From Cyanophyceae cyanobacterium (lineage in GTDB: Bacteria > Cyanobacteriota > Cyanobacteriia > Cyanobacteriales > Laspinemataceae): a stretch of 64,000 nucleotides of DNA. The DNA lies in the NCBI GenBank assembly GCA_038321985.1, contig JBBQFN010000003.1, positions 224,001 to 288,000 of the forward strand. The letters are read 5' to 3'. Positions within the stretch are counted from its first letter, which is position 1. Every line of letters begins with the position of its first letter. The translations under genes were made by a program, and so were the position numbers. The notes below the pieces were generated by a model. It saw nothing but the letters and a program-made list of their open reading frames with translations, was not told the origin of the DNA and did no database searches. Positions 22,505 through 33,024 of this stretch are shown here, one piece after another.

Positions 22505-22755
22505 AGTGTTTAGGGTCCTCCGTCAATTCCGATCGCCTGGGCTGGGAACTATCATCAACTCATCGTCTAGGATCTCTAATTGGAGAAATTTACGATACTT
22601 TACAACCCGTCTAAGAGGATTCGGTAGAATTCCACAATAGAGTAGGCGCTTGGGTGCCTACGGGAGTTTTACCGCGAACCCTTGGCTCACTCATCTACGA
22701 TACTAAAAAGATGCCTTCTTTGGGGTCTAAGTGTCCCCTGTTCTGTGTTCTTATT

Positions 22756-23823
22756 ATGAAAATCAGTGAAATAATGCCTCGATGGTTGCCTTTGGGATTC
22801 GCCTTCCCCTTAATTTTCCTCAACAGTTGGCTGTTGCTAGTGGCGTTTGATTATTTTGACAAGATCATCAGTATCCTGCTTGCAGCCTCGCTCCTGGCCT
22901 TTATTTTGGATTATCCAGTGAATCTGCTGGAGCGATACGGGGCCAAACACACCCCAGCGGTGATTTTAGTTTTTCTCTTGACCTTGCTGACTTTGGTAGG
23001 CTTGGGGATCACGTTGGTGCCGATCGCCTTGGAGCAATTGACGGAGTTAGCGAACCGATTGCCCATTTGGATTAAATCTGGTGCGGCCCAACTCCAGACG
23101 CTCCAAGAAATCGCGATCGCCCGAAATTGGCCGGTAGATCTCAGTGGATTGACGACTCAACTCACCGAACGCCTTTCGGGTCAGTTGCAAAACCTCACGG
23201 GTCAAGTCCTGAATTTTGCCGTGGATACGGTCAGTCGCATCTTTGATGTGGTGGTTACCGTTATCTTGACGTTCTATATGCTCTGGCGCGGACGGAGCCT
23301 TTGGGAGGGCTTATTACAATGGTTGCCTCCCCGTCTGGCAAAAGAGATGCGGTTCTCTCTGGGCAAAAATTTCCATAATTATTTTGTGGGTCAAGTCACC
23401 GTGGCTTCTTTAATGGGAGTCTCTATGACTTTGGCATTTTTGGTGCTGCGGGTTCCCTTTGGGCTGTTATTCGGTTTAGTCGTGGGTGTTTTGAGCCTAA
23501 TTCCGTTTGGGGCCGGTTTAAGTATTAGTTTGGTGAGTGTCTTAGTTGCGTTTAATAATTTTTGGCTGGGGGTGAAGGTTTTAATTGTTTCTGTGGCGAT
23601 CGAGCAAAGCATCGAAAGCGGAGTTGCACCGCGGTTGTTGGGGGGATTTACAGGTCTCAATCCAGTCTGGGTACTCATTTCGCTGTTGATCGGTGCGAAG
23701 TTGGGAGGAGTGCTAGGGGTGTTGATTGCAGTTCCCCTGGCGAGTTTTATCAAAAGTACAGCAGACAGTTTGCGATCGGAACCAGACAGTCCAGCGGTTG
23801 TGGAAGTGTCGAGTGCTCACTGA
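22756..23823 (+). CDS. AI-2E family transporter
   Basis: Multi-TM protein; LAFILDYPV, SLIPFGA, PRLLG..TGLNPV, GVLIAVPLA; ATG at 22756 preferred. Confidence 0.85.
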   Translation: MKISEIMPRWLPLGFAFPLIFLNSWLLLVAFDYFDKIISILLAASLLAFILDYPVNLLERYGAKHTPAVILVFLLTLLTLVGLGITLVPIALEQLTELANRLPIWIKSGAAQLQTLQEIAIARNWPVDLSGLTTQLTERLSGQLQNLTGQVLNFAVDTVSRIFDVVVTVILTFYMLWRGRSLWEGLLQWLPPRLAKEMRFSLGKNFHNYFVGQVTVASLMGVSMTLAFLVLRVPFGLLFGLVVGVLSLIPFGAGLSISLVSVLVAFNNFWLGVKVLIVSVAIEQSIESGVAPRLLGGFTGLNPVWVLISLLIGAKLGGVLGVLIAVPLASFIKSTADSLRSEPDSPAVVEVSSAH

Positions 23824-23954
23824 GACTAGCTTGAGCGGGTTTCTATGAGTTGAATAATAAAAAGAGCGATCGCCTTCTTGATGATTCAGGAGGGCGATCG
23901 CTTGTTTTAAGGGGTGAGTTGGGTGAGGGGTGCGATCGGCCCCCAACAAGGGGC

Positions 23955-24059
23955 TTATTCTTCTGAGCCTTGAATTTTGAGTAATGCGAAACCGAGCACT
24001 AAACCAACCATGACTAAGGCAAAGGATAAAAAGGCTGTCGTGAAAATTTCACCAGTCAT
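23955..24059 (-). CDS. petM: Cytochrome b6f subunit PetM
   Basis: MTGEIFTTAFLSFALVMVGLVLGFALLKIQGSEE, AGGAGA RBS upstream. Confidence 0.92.
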   Translation of the reverse strand: MTGEIFTTAFLSFALVMVGLVLGFALLKIQGSEE

Positions 24060-24234
24060 CGTTATAATTTCTCCTAAATTTATGGGATGAGGACAAGTTC
24101 TAGCCAGACTGCTAAACCAATTGCGGTTTAAACCCGCACGGAGTATTGTAGAACACTTCGCGTCTGCTTCTGTCGGTAACTGCGCGGTGGTTTTGGGCAG
24201 GGCGATCGGCCCTGTGCCGTTTCGTCCTCCAGAA

Positions 24235-24556
24235 CTAGCCAACGAGACCAAACAGCTTGCTCAGGGTGGGTAGGTATTTTTCCGCAAATTCCGCCAGTTT
24301 GCTGGCATGACCCACGGTAGCGGAGATTCCTTGCAGGGCATCTAAAGCCATCCCAGCAATATCTTTATCCCGTTCTTCCGGAGGCTTTTTCCCTTCTTTG
24401 GCGAGAGTTTCCACCGCTTTGAGCGCCCGTTTCTGCTGATTTTCTGCCAGGGCCGGATCCGTGGTAATCGATTGTTGCAAATTGGTCAAAATATTGACTA
24501 AATCTTGACCATTTTCGGACTGAACGTCGTGGAGTTCCTAAATGGTATGGCTCACT
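24235..24556 (-). pseudogene. Orphan 3' fragment resembling the C-terminal helical domain of cyanobacterial pentapeptide-repeat proteins
   Basis: Reads VSHTI*ELHDVQSENGQDLVNILTNLQQSI...LPTLSKLFG with an in-frame TAG and no ATG start. Confidence 0.5.
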
Positions 24557-24680
24557 TTTCTAAAAATTTCACTATCCTGGATAACCCTCGACAATATGGT
24601 GGCGTAGATTTTCTACCGGAGGTTAGATCCCTTTGTCCACCCACGATTGTAGCATTAGCGATGGAGGCATAAAAAAATCT

Positions 24681-26126
24681 ATGGAAATTCAGACACCTGA
24701 TTGGGTTAAACACGCGGTTTTTTATCAAATCTTTCCGGACCGCTTCGCGCGAGGGACTCAGCCTCGCGAGTTACTCTTAAAGCATAGCCGATGGGAAGAT
24801 TGGCACGCTATTCCTACTCTGCAAGGATATAAAGGGGGCAATCTCTGGGGGGTTGTAGACAAACTGGACTATTTGCAGGAGTTAGGCATTAATGCAATTT
24901 ATTTTACCCCCATTTTTCAATCGGCCAGTAACCACCGTTATCATACCCATGATTACTATCAGGTGGACCCGATGTTGGGGAAAACAGGGGCGTTTCGAGA
25001 ACTACTGCTAGAGGCACATCAACGGGATATTAAGGTGGTACTGGATGGGGTCTTTAACCACTCTAGCCGGGGCTTTTTCTTTTTTCATGATGTATTGGAA
25101 AATGGCTCTCATTCTCCCTGGGTGGATTGGTTTAAGATTCATGGCTGGCCCCTTTCTCCGTACAATGGTGATTTTCCGGCCAATTATGAAGGGTGGGCGG
25201 ATAATCGGGCTTTGCCGGTGTTCAACCACGACAATCCAGAGGTGCGGGAATACATTATGGAGGTGGCGGAATTTTGGATTAAGTTCGGGATTGATGGGTG
25301 GCGGTTGGATGTGCCGTTTGAGGTGAAAACGGAAGGGTTCTGGCAGGAGTTTCGCGATCGCGTGAAAGCGATTAACCCCGAGGCTTACATTGTTGGCGAA
25401 GTCTGGCATGATGCCCGTCCCTGGTTGGATGGCACTCAGTTTGATGGGGTGATGAATTATCTGTTTACTGGACCCACTATTGCCTTTACCGCAGGCGATC
25501 GCGTTGATTTGAGTCAAGTCAAGGACCGGGACTATCAAATTTCCCCTCCGATGTTTGCCGGGGATTATGCGGAAAAAATGCAGCAGTTGTTGGAAATGTA
25601 CCCCTGGGAAATTCAACTGACTCAGCTTAATCTCCTGGCTTCTCATGATACGGCACGGCTGCTTTCTATTGCCGGAGATGATAAACCGTCGGTAGAGTTA
25701 GCAACTCTGCTATTAATGACCTTCCCCGGTGCTCCGAGTATCTACTATGGGGATGAAGTCGGTTTAGCCGGTCGTCTGGATCCTGACTCCCGTCGCGGTT
25801 TTCCTAAGCAAGAGAATTGGGACCAGGAGGTGCTGGACTATCACCGCCAACTGATTAACTTACGTCATGCTCATCCGGCTTTGCGGACTGGCACTTACAA
25901 GATATTATCCGCCCAGGGAACTCTCTATGTCTTCGCAAGGCAGTTACCAGAGGAAGAACTAATTGTGGCTGTCAATGTCGGTACGGATGCCTGTGAGCAG
26001 ACGGTGGATATCTCTGGGTTGAACTCTCATCCTGAGAAACTGTTATATGGGAGCGCCCAAGTGTCTTGGAATGATGACCAGTTGAATTTAACGGTCCCCC
26101 CCCGTCGTGGGTGCATTTTGGGTTGA
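24681..26126 (+). CDS. GH13 neopullulanase/cyclomaltodextrinase-like alpha-amylase
   Basis: FYQIFPDRF, LDGVFNH, GWRLDV, GEVW, LASHD motifs. Confidence 0.92.
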   Translation: MEIQTPDWVKHAVFYQIFPDRFARGTQPRELLLKHSRWEDWHAIPTLQGYKGGNLWGVVDKLDYLQELGINAIYFTPIFQSASNHRYHTHDYYQVDPMLGKTGAFRELLLEAHQRDIKVVLDGVFNHSSRGFFFFHDVLENGSHSPWVDWFKIHGWPLSPYNGDFPANYEGWADNRALPVFNHDNPEVREYIMEVAEFWIKFGIDGWRLDVPFEVKTEGFWQEFRDRVKAINPEAYIVGEVWHDARPWLDGTQFDGVMNYLFTGPTIAFTAGDRVDLSQVKDRDYQISPPMFAGDYAEKMQQLLEMYPWEIQLTQLNLLASHDTARLLSIAGDDKPSVELATLLLMTFPGAPSIYYGDEVGLAGRLDPDSRRGFPKQENWDQEVLDYHRQLINLRHAHPALRTGTYKILSAQGTLYVFARQLPEEELIVAVNVGTDACEQTVDISGLNSHPEKLLYGSAQVSWNDDQLNLTVPPRRGCILG

Positions 26127-26146
26127 GGGAATGGAGGCAGCAACCT

Positions 26147-26173
26147 TAAAGGCACGGCAATGCCGTGCCTTTA
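26147..26173. repeat. Palindrome between convergent genes (REP-like or terminator)
   Basis: TAAAGGCACGGCA-A-TGCCGTGCCTTTA. Confidence 0.6.
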
Positions 26174-26251
26174 CCCATGAGGGGAATATTTTAGGTTTTG
26201 GACTTCCCGAGTGCGATCGCCTCAGACAGGCTACCCAGTCGCCTCCCGGCA

Positions 26252-26665
26252 TTATGCCGAAACTAAACTGGGAATCAATACCTTATCGATCTCATGAATC
26301 ACCCCATTGTCCGTAAGGCGATCGGCACTCAATACTTTAGCATCGTTAATCTGAATCCCCTCTGAAGTATCAACTCCTACCAATGAACCTTCCACAGTTT
26401 CGGCTGAAGCTAACTCCTCCAGATTATCCGTGCGCACGTCTCCATTCAAAACGTGATAAGCGAGGATTCTCTTCAATTTGGGGATATCTTCCATCCAATT
26501 GGCAATGGTATTAGCAGGCAGTGTGGCGAAGGCTTCGTCTGTGGGTGCAAAGATGGTATAGGGTCCTGGACTCTGAAGCAGATCAAGGAGATCAGCAGAT
26601 TCTAGTAAGGTCATCAGAGTTTTGAATTGCCCCAGTTCACTAGCGGTTTCTATCAAGTCAGCCAT
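26252..26665 (-). CDS. Fasciclin (FAS1) domain protein
   Basis: YTIFAPTDEAF, LAYHV, NGVIHEIDKVL. Confidence 0.92.
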   Translation of the reverse strand: MADLIETASELGQFKTLMTLLESADLLDLLQSPGPYTIFAPTDEAFATLPANTIANWMEDIPKLKRILAYHVLNGDVRTDNLEELASAETVEGSLVGVDTSEGIQINDAKVLSADRLTDNGVIHEIDKVLIPSLVSA

Positions 26666-26757
26666 GAGTTATTTCTCCAGTAAATAAGATTTCTGTTTAG
26701 AAATAACCTAAAAAACCGCCCATCGACCTCTTTCAAGAGGAGGAAATTAGAGGTGAA

Positions 26758-27738
26758 TTATTGACTGACGGTAATTCCCCGATCGCGGAGTTGTTGAACA
26801 AAAAACTCCTCTAGGGAAACACCTTTCAAGTCAATTTTAATCAGCTTACCCCCCATGAGTTGCAAGCTGGCGAGGAAATCCTGGGGCGAACCTTTTAAAT
26901 GTCCTTGCCATTGGTCCTCTTCTAAGTCCAAGTCGGGTAACCACTGTTTGAGCACTTCTAAATTCCCCCCCGTCCCTTGGACAAAATAAACGTCGGAAGT
27001 TCCCAGTAAATCTTTGAGGGAACCGGAGCAAATCAATTCACCTCCTGCGAGGATGGCAACGCGATCGCAAATTTTCTCAACATCAGCCAGGATGTGACTG
27101 TTAAAAAAAATCGTTTTCCCTTGCTCTTTCAAAGAAATGATAATCTCCCGCATCTGATAGCGTCCCAATGGGTCTAATCCAGACATCGGTTCATCTAAAA
27201 AGACCACATCGGGATTGTTAATCAATGCCTGTGCCATGCCAATTCGCTGCAACATCCCTTTAGAATAGTGGCGCAAGAGCTTATTGCGAGCGGCGGATTT
27301 GGCAATACCCACCAGATCCAGCAAGTCAGGAATCCGCTGGCGCTGTTCCTTGGCAGGAATTTGAAATAAATTAGCCGTAAAGGCCAAAAATTCCCAGCCG
27401 GTTAGATACTTATAAAAATAAGGATTTTCTGGGAGATAACCGATGCGTTCTCGGACGGCGCGATCGCCCAAGGGTTTCCCTAAAAGTAACCCGCGACCCC
27501 CACTCGGACGCAAGATTCCCAGCAATATTTTGAGTAGGGTCGTTTTTCCGGCCCCATTTGGGCCGAGTAACCCAAAAGTTTCCCCCTCATACACGGTTAG
27601 GGTGCAGTTTTTGAGGGTTTCGACTTGTTTGTTCATCCAAAACCCGGTGCGGTAAGCCTTTCGCAATTGAAAGGTATCGATCGCGGGCATTCGCTCAGTG
27701 GTTATCGGTTCGGCAGGCCAATCAACAACAGAATCCAT
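26758..27738 (-). CDS. ABC transporter ATP-binding protein
   Basis: GPNGAGKT, YSKGMLQR, LDEP, SH motifs. Confidence 0.92.
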   Translation of the reverse strand: MDSVVDWPAEPITTERMPAIDTFQLRKAYRTGFWMNKQVETLKNCTLTVYEGETFGLLGPNGAGKTTLLKILLGILRPSGGRGLLLGKPLGDRAVRERIGYLPENPYFYKYLTGWEFLAFTANLFQIPAKEQRQRIPDLLDLVGIAKSAARNKLLRHYSKGMLQRIGMAQALINNPDVVFLDEPMSGLDPLGRYQMREIIISLKEQGKTIFFNSHILADVEKICDRVAILAGGELICSGSLKDLLGTSDVYFVQGTGGNLEVLKQWLPDLDLEEDQWQGHLKGSPQDFLASLQLMGGKLIKIDLKGVSLEEFFVQQLRDRGITVSQ

Positions 27739-27932
27739 GTCCGTTTCCCAATTTCATGCAACCTAATCTAGTTCTATCTTGTACCGAATTTACCCCATTT
27801 GCTTAATTTTACTTCCTTCAGGGGCAAGATTTTACTCGGGGTATGGGATTTTAGGAGAGATGCGCACTTCTTAAGAGGCTCTTGGGTAGTCTTTGTCTTT
27901 AGCCAGACTCAGAGGGCTTACTTCCCCGGGAT

Positions 27933-27957
27933 AACGACTAACATCGTTACTACGAAC
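27933..27957. repeat. Single degenerate copy of the REP seen at 5.9-6.1 kb
   Basis: AACGACTAACATCGTTACTACGAAC. Confidence 0.7.
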
Positions 27958-28047
27958 TCTCGGCTTCAGGCTTTAGCCTTGATGCTTTTTCTCCTGCGGG
28001 CCCGACTCCGAAATAGAATAGTCTCAGGATCAAGAGGAAAAAATGCA

Positions 28048-28230
28048 ATGGATCGGTCTAAAGTTGTAGCTATCATTACGGGTGCGATTTCCATTTTGCT
28101 GGCGATCGCCTACCTAGTCGTCGTGCAGTTGCTCGATTTTCGGGGTGAAATGTTGCCAGCTCCTATGGATTTGGGAACCTCCATCCCCTCTACCTTCCTA
28201 ACCCTAGCCACCTTTGTCAGACTTCTATGA
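28048..28230 (+). CDS. Small cyanobacterial membrane protein
   Basis: MDRSKVVAIITGAISILLAIAYLVVVQLLDFRGEMLPAP; AGAGGA RBS; ATGA overlap with next gene. Confidence 0.75.
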   Translation: MDRSKVVAIITGAISILLAIAYLVVVQLLDFRGEMLPAPMDLGTSIPSTFLTLATFVRLL

Positions 28231-29105
28231 TGATCAAGACTCTAGGAATCATCACAGTGCTGTTCGTCCCCCTGGGTTTTGCTTTACCTGCGCTGGCGGC
28301 TAACCCAACGCACCTAAGGCAACTCCTGGATACGAATCGCTGTCCGGGATGCGATTTGCGCGGTGCCAATTTAGAAGGAGTTAGCTTGCGCGGTGCCGAC
28401 TTGTCGGAAGCGAATTTACAAGGAGCTAATTTCCGGAATGCGGACTTGCGCTATGCCAATTTTCGCAGTGCTAATTTATCGGAAGCGATTCTGATTGCAG
28501 CGGATTTAGAAGCAGCTAATTTTAGTCAGGCGAATTTACGCGAGATCGATATTCGCGGAGCAAATCTCAAAGATGCTGTATTGACGGGAGCCAATACTTG
28601 CGGTTGGCAGCGTGAAGATGCTCAGTTGCAAGGGGTGAATTTGCAAGAGGCAGGCTGTATCCGTCCTACTCCGGCACCGACTCCTACACCAGAACCGACT
28701 GGGACGACTCCCTCTACTGGGGCGATCGCCCAAGGGGAAGCAGAGGCGTTACTTCGGAAGTGGTTAACCGCCAAAGCCAATATTTTTGCCCCTCCATTTG
28801 ATCGCGAATTGTTGGGAAATTTTACTACGGGTATCTTGTATGCTGATTCCCTCAACTCAATTATTTGGCTGCAAAATAATCAGGCATTCTATCAATATGG
28901 GGTGCAACGTGTGGAATCGGTACAACGTTTTTTGGCAGAAGGGAATCGAGCGACTTTAGAAGCCAGGGTGACGGAAGATTATACTCTATATGAAAATGGA
29001 CAAGCCAATCGCGATCGCGCTAGTTTTGGCACGAACTTAGTTCGGTACAATTTACAACGGATCAACGGTCAGTGGAAAATTGCAGATTATCAGGTTGTTA
29101 ATTAA
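28227..29105 (+). CDS. Secreted pentapeptide-repeat protein with C-terminal ARC6/IMS-like (DUF4101) domain
   Basis: Signal peptide, CPGCDL, A(D/N)Lxx repeats, PT-rich linker, WLTAKANIFAPPFD...VRYNL...WKIADY. Confidence 0.8.
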   Translation: MMIKTLGIITVLFVPLGFALPALAANPTHLRQLLDTNRCPGCDLRGANLEGVSLRGADLSEANLQGANFRNADLRYANFRSANLSEAILIAADLEAANFSQANLREIDIRGANLKDAVLTGANTCGWQREDAQLQGVNLQEAGCIRPTPAPTPTPEPTGTTPSTGAIAQGEAEALLRKWLTAKANIFAPPFDRELLGNFTTGILYADSLNSIIWLQNNQAFYQYGVQRVESVQRFLAEGNRATLEARVTEDYTLYENGQANRDRASFGTNLVRYNLQRINGQWKIADYQVVN

Positions 29106-29181
29106 AGGCGATCTTTGAGCAGAATTGCTCCCATCGGGGTGTTTCAACTGGGTAGGGTTTACGAAGGGAGAAAGCTAGTTA

Positions 29182-30279
29182 ATGACAGGACCAGAATCAC
29201 CAGAAAATTTTAATTCTCCAGTTAACTCGCCAGAGGAGAACGAGGGAGAGAATCTGATTGTCATCGAGATGAATAATCCCCAGGCATGGTACAACCGCGC
29301 CGGTTCTCTTTATAGGTTAGGACGCTACCCAGAGGCACTGGAGAGCTACGATCAGACAGTTGCCCTTGACGAAAACTATGCCGATGCCTGGAATAATCGG
29401 GGAATGACGCTGAAGTGTTTGGGACGTCATGAAGAGGCAGTGACGAGTTATGAACGAGCGATCGCCCTGAAGGCGGATTATTACCAAGGATGGAATAACC
29501 TGGGAAATGCCTTGGTTGAGTTAGGACGCTATCAAGAGGCGGTGACGAGTTACCAACGGGCGATCGCCATTTTTCCCGAGTATTGTCAAGGGTGGCATAA
29601 CCAAGGAGAAGCTCTAGCAGCCTTAGAACGCTATCAAGAGGCAGTCGCCTGTTACGATCGCGTCTTAGCTCTCAAACCCACCTGGCGAGAAACTAAACGA
29701 TTGCGCAAAACTGCGATCGCTAAATTGCAAGAGATGCCCCCAAACCTAGAACCTCCGGCGCAACAGCCTCTGGAAGCCCCCGTTAAGCCCAAGGTTGCAC
29801 CGGAACCCGATCAGATTCAGCCGGTGATTCCCCGGGATAATCCTAAACTCGCAGCCTGCGATCGCATGGTAGAACGGTATCCGGATGACCCCGAAGCCTG
29901 GTTAGATCGAGGCACTGCTTTAGCGGAGTTGGAGTGCTATGAGGAAGCAGTCCTCAGTTATGATCGCGCAGTCGTCCTGGATCCGGAAAATTGGCAGGGG
30001 TGGAAATATCGGGGAGTTGCTCTTAAACAATTAGGGCGACAGGAAGAAGCCCTCAAGAGTTATGAGCGCGCCTTAGAATTGCAACCCGAGCCCCCTACAA
30101 TCAGCTCGCCACCCCCTGATGTCTCTACCGATGTCTCTACCGATGTCGGGGTGGAGGCTCCATTGCCCTCTACAGTCCGGCCCGGACCCCCTATGCACCC
30201 ACCGTTGAGTCCACCTGGGCGATTGATCCGCTGGATCCGGCAAAAGATTGTCCAACTCTGGCGGCGCTGGATTGGATAG
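29182..30279 (+). CDS. TPR protein
   Basis: Repeated W.N.G..L..LGRY.EA..SY.RA units in two blocks separated by Pro-rich linkers. Confidence 0.9.
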   Translation: MTGPESPENFNSPVNSPEENEGENLIVIEMNNPQAWYNRAGSLYRLGRYPEALESYDQTVALDENYADAWNNRGMTLKCLGRHEEAVTSYERAIALKADYYQGWNNLGNALVELGRYQEAVTSYQRAIAIFPEYCQGWHNQGEALAALERYQEAVACYDRVLALKPTWRETKRLRKTAIAKLQEMPPNLEPPAQQPLEAPVKPKVAPEPDQIQPVIPRDNPKLAACDRMVERYPDDPEAWLDRGTALAELECYEEAVLSYDRAVVLDPENWQGWKYRGVALKQLGRQEEALKSYERALELQPEPPTISSPPPDVSTDVSTDVGVEAPLPSTVRPGPPMHPPLSPPGRLIRWIRQKIVQLWRRWIG

Positions 30280-31273
30280 CTTTGCCCTAGAGGGATTGCT
30301 TCTCTTGAATCTAGAAAGAAGTGCCAGTCAAGAAGGTTTAGCCCCCTAAAATCGGGGAATAGCGATCGCAGAAACCCTGGGTCATCAGTTGCCCGGTTTC
30401 CCACACAATCAGTGCTGTGGTTTGAACCGGATAATGCTTCGTTCCTCGGTACTTACAAGTTTGACAGCTTTGCATATCTGGAAAAATGAGAGAAGCTCTA
30501 CCGGGTCAACTTAACAAAGATTAATCTAGTTGAGGGAGTTATTTATGCTCCCCCGGCTTAAAATTTTACGTTTTGTCATAAAGCAGCGATCGCTATTGCC
30601 TTGTAAATTGGCAACTTGGTTTTGAAAGCCCCCTCTCCCCCAGAGGAAAATCGCGATTCCTGTTGGAATCTGGAATAGGTTTTAAATCAATCTAGACTCA
30701 CCCTCTCTGGAGGGATTTTTTGCCCCTCTCCCTGACGTTAACCGAGGAAGTAAGGGAGTAATTGCGCTCTGATTAAAATTCTCCGCTTAGTTCCTTACAT
30801 CTCCCTATTTTATCAACAAGATAGGGGGAATCTACAGGAATTGAATCCTTGACAGGCAGAGCTTTTTAGACAAGGCGAAGTTGCCTCATTTCGGAGTACA
30901 GAAACTCTTCAAAACTCCTATCAATAAATTTTAGCGCTAGGGTTACCCCTCTAAATTAAAGGGCGATGGGGCTGACTCTACAACGTAGATTTCCATCCCT
31001 TTTTTCCTACTATGTGAATCTTTTAAGGTTTAAATTCAATCGATTTACCTCTTTAGATAGAGGCAGAATCTCGACCAACCCGAATATCATCCTCATAGTG
31101 GCTCGGTATTGATCAAGTGTGTGGGAATCAACTTAACCTCAATGAGTTCATTCCCTAAATAATTTCCCTTTGAATACCCGGAGCGGTTGCCCCCTATACA
31201 TAACATCCTCTAATCAAATCATCCACACTAGGGAAAGGGCAATTCTCTATAAAAAAAATATTAGGAATACTCT

Positions 31274-31558
31274 ATGCAAGCTCTTGAAAATCGCAAAAGT
31301 TTCACTAAACGGACATTTAAATATAGTTCCCCGGGTGCTGAACCAGCATCGAAGACCTATCCTTCCGAACTTTTACCTCAATCAGATATTGCCGAGTTAT
31401 TTTTCTGCGTTTGGCAAAGTCATCAAATGAGTGCGGCAAATCGCCAAAGGTTAAACTTTGCTTTATTAAGTTACGATAGACTCAACGAATCCGATTATCG
31501 GCTGATTAATCGCATTTTACACGCCGTTAAACGCGGATGGATTAAGATGATCGACTAA
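31274..31558 (+). CDS. Small hypothetical protein, RLxxAVxRGW family, paralog 1
   Basis: IAELFF...LNESDYRLINRILHAVKRGWIKMID; similar to ORFs at 55.5 and 62.2 kb; AGGA RBS. Confidence 0.75.
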   Translation: MQALENRKSFTKRTFKYSSPGAEPASKTYPSELLPQSDIAELFFCVWQSHQMSAANRQRLNFALLSYDRLNESDYRLINRILHAVKRGWIKMID

Positions 31559-31692
31559 GTAGCGTCCCGAACTTTTTAAAACTTGTTTATTTTTCTAATC
31601 GTTCATTTTCGACCTCCTCCGGGAAGCTACCTAGGCTAGCTCACTGAAATCTTTGTTTTTCAGTTCCAACTTTAATATGAATTCATTCAAGG

Positions 31693-31730
31693 ATTAACGC
31701 CTTCAGAGGATTGAAGGCGTTAATTTTTTT
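31693..31730 (+). terminator. Intrinsic terminator between convergent genes
   Basis: ATTAACGCCTTCA/TGAAGGCGTTAAT stem plus T run. Confidence 0.75.
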
Positions 31731-31845
31731 AATGCAAATTGGAGATACCTCGAAGGACAAGGCACTGCTGTTTCCCTAACTTTCTCAGCAATGAATCAGA
31801 GAATCATAATCCTGTCCGCAGACTTCTAAATTCATCCAAGGAAGG

Positions 31846-33024
31846 CTATTTTTTCAAACGAAACAATAAAATCTGGTTCAATTGATCCGGATTAAAATTA
31901 TCGTCACTGACCATGATTAAACTTTGACTTCCATCGGAGAATCGGGGTCCCAGAGTCATTCCTTCCAAATTATCTAACTGAATCCCTAAATCTTGTAAGT
32001 TTAAAAGCAATTGCTTCTTAACAGGTTCTACCTTCTTAAGTTCCCCTTTTAAACTGACAATTCGGGAAGTATCGGTTGCACTGCCAGTTTGAATTTCAAA
32101 CAGTTTTGCACCGAAACCGAGAAAGCCAAAATTGCGCTCTAAACTGAGGAGATGCCCTCCTTGTTCTAAGGCTAATAATTCCGGTAATCCATTATAAATG
32201 CTCCAGCGTACACTCTCGTCGAGGGGGTAAAGATTTTCAGAAATTAGGAGGGGTGGTCCATCAGAGATTAGATAATGAAGTAAGCGGTTTTTAGGTGGCA
32301 GATCGGAGTCGAGTTCATCGAGATCTTGAAGTAGGGGTGCTTCCGTGGCGGTAAACAGACGATAGGGATCGACGGTAGCATCGCCAAACCCTCTAGGATT
32401 AAGGGTGAGAGATTCTAATCCTAAATTATCTTGGATGCCTTGGGTTTGGTTCTCGACACTATCAGGGATGTAGCGCTTGGGGATAGTCAGATCCCGCACA
32501 AACTTGCCGGTTTCTAGCTCAATTTCGTGGATAAAGGGTGCAACACCTTTTCGAGCAATCCCTTCGCTAGCGATATAAACACTGTTGGGTGAGGCAAAGG
32601 CGATGCCTTCTCCATCAATTTCACCGATGGGATAGGGGTTACCCTCTTGATCTTTGAGAAGGGTGACTCCTTCAATTTCAACGGTTTCGATTTTGGGAGT
32701 ATCGGAACTGTTAGAATCCAAAATTAGTTTAAGGGTATAGAAGCGGGCGGGGGCGTAATATCCCCGATCGTCGGAGATGACGTAGAAGCGATCGCGTTGG
32801 CGATCGTAGGTGATGCCAGATAATCCTCCAACGGGCGTATCCTGAAAGGGACGTTTCGGGAGTTCATACTCGTCCAAAAATTCTAGGGACAAGTTGAGAA
32901 ATATTCGCTCTTGTGCGTTGACTTGTGGCAAGGCACAGGCTGTTAATATACCCGATAGCACCAGTGCTAATGCCATCACCCAGGGGAAAATCTGAAATTT
33001 GCGCCGGTTCACGATCGCCTCCAA
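31846..33024 (-). CDS. Esterase-like activity of phytase family lipoprotein
   Basis: Lipobox LTAC; GGLSGI, ISDDRG, DGEGI, NLGLESL, DNLEGM, SDDNFN. Confidence 0.85.
   Translation of the reverse strand: MEAIVNRRKFQIFPWVMALALVLSGILTACALPQVNAQERIFLNLSLEFLDEYELPKRPFQDTPVGGLSGITYDRQRDRFYVISDDRGYYAPARFYTLKLILDSNSSDTPKIETVEIEGVTLLKDQEGNPYPIGEIDGEGIAFASPNSVYIASEGIARKGVAPFIHEIELETGKFVRDLTIPKRYIPDSVENQTQGIQDNLGLESLTLNPRGFGDATVDPYRLFTATEAPLLQDLDELDSDLPPKNRLLHYLISDGPPLLISENLYPLDESVRWSIYNGLPELLALEQGGHLLSLERNFGFLGFGAKLFEIQTGSATDTSRIVSLKGELKKVEPVKKQLLLNLQDLGIQLDNLEGMTLGPRFSDGSQSLIMVSDDNFNPDQLNQILLFRLKK

Noticed and set aside
24060..24251. N-terminal extension of PetM in the ORF track
   Set aside because: The ATG at 24059 has an RBS and gives the normal 34-aa PetM
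25008..25646. 212-aa antisense ORF and other shadow ORFs inside ftsH, eda, malQ, DUF3370 and MASE1 genes
   Set aside because: Fully overlap well-supported genes and show no recognisable motifs
27799..28047. Long N-terminal extension of the small membrane protein
   Set aside because: Runs through a REP and probable promoter; the ATG at 28048 has an RBS
30118..30147. 12-bp tandem repeat GATGTCTCTACC in the TPR gene
   Set aside because: In-frame slippage in a Pro-rich linker; unremarkable
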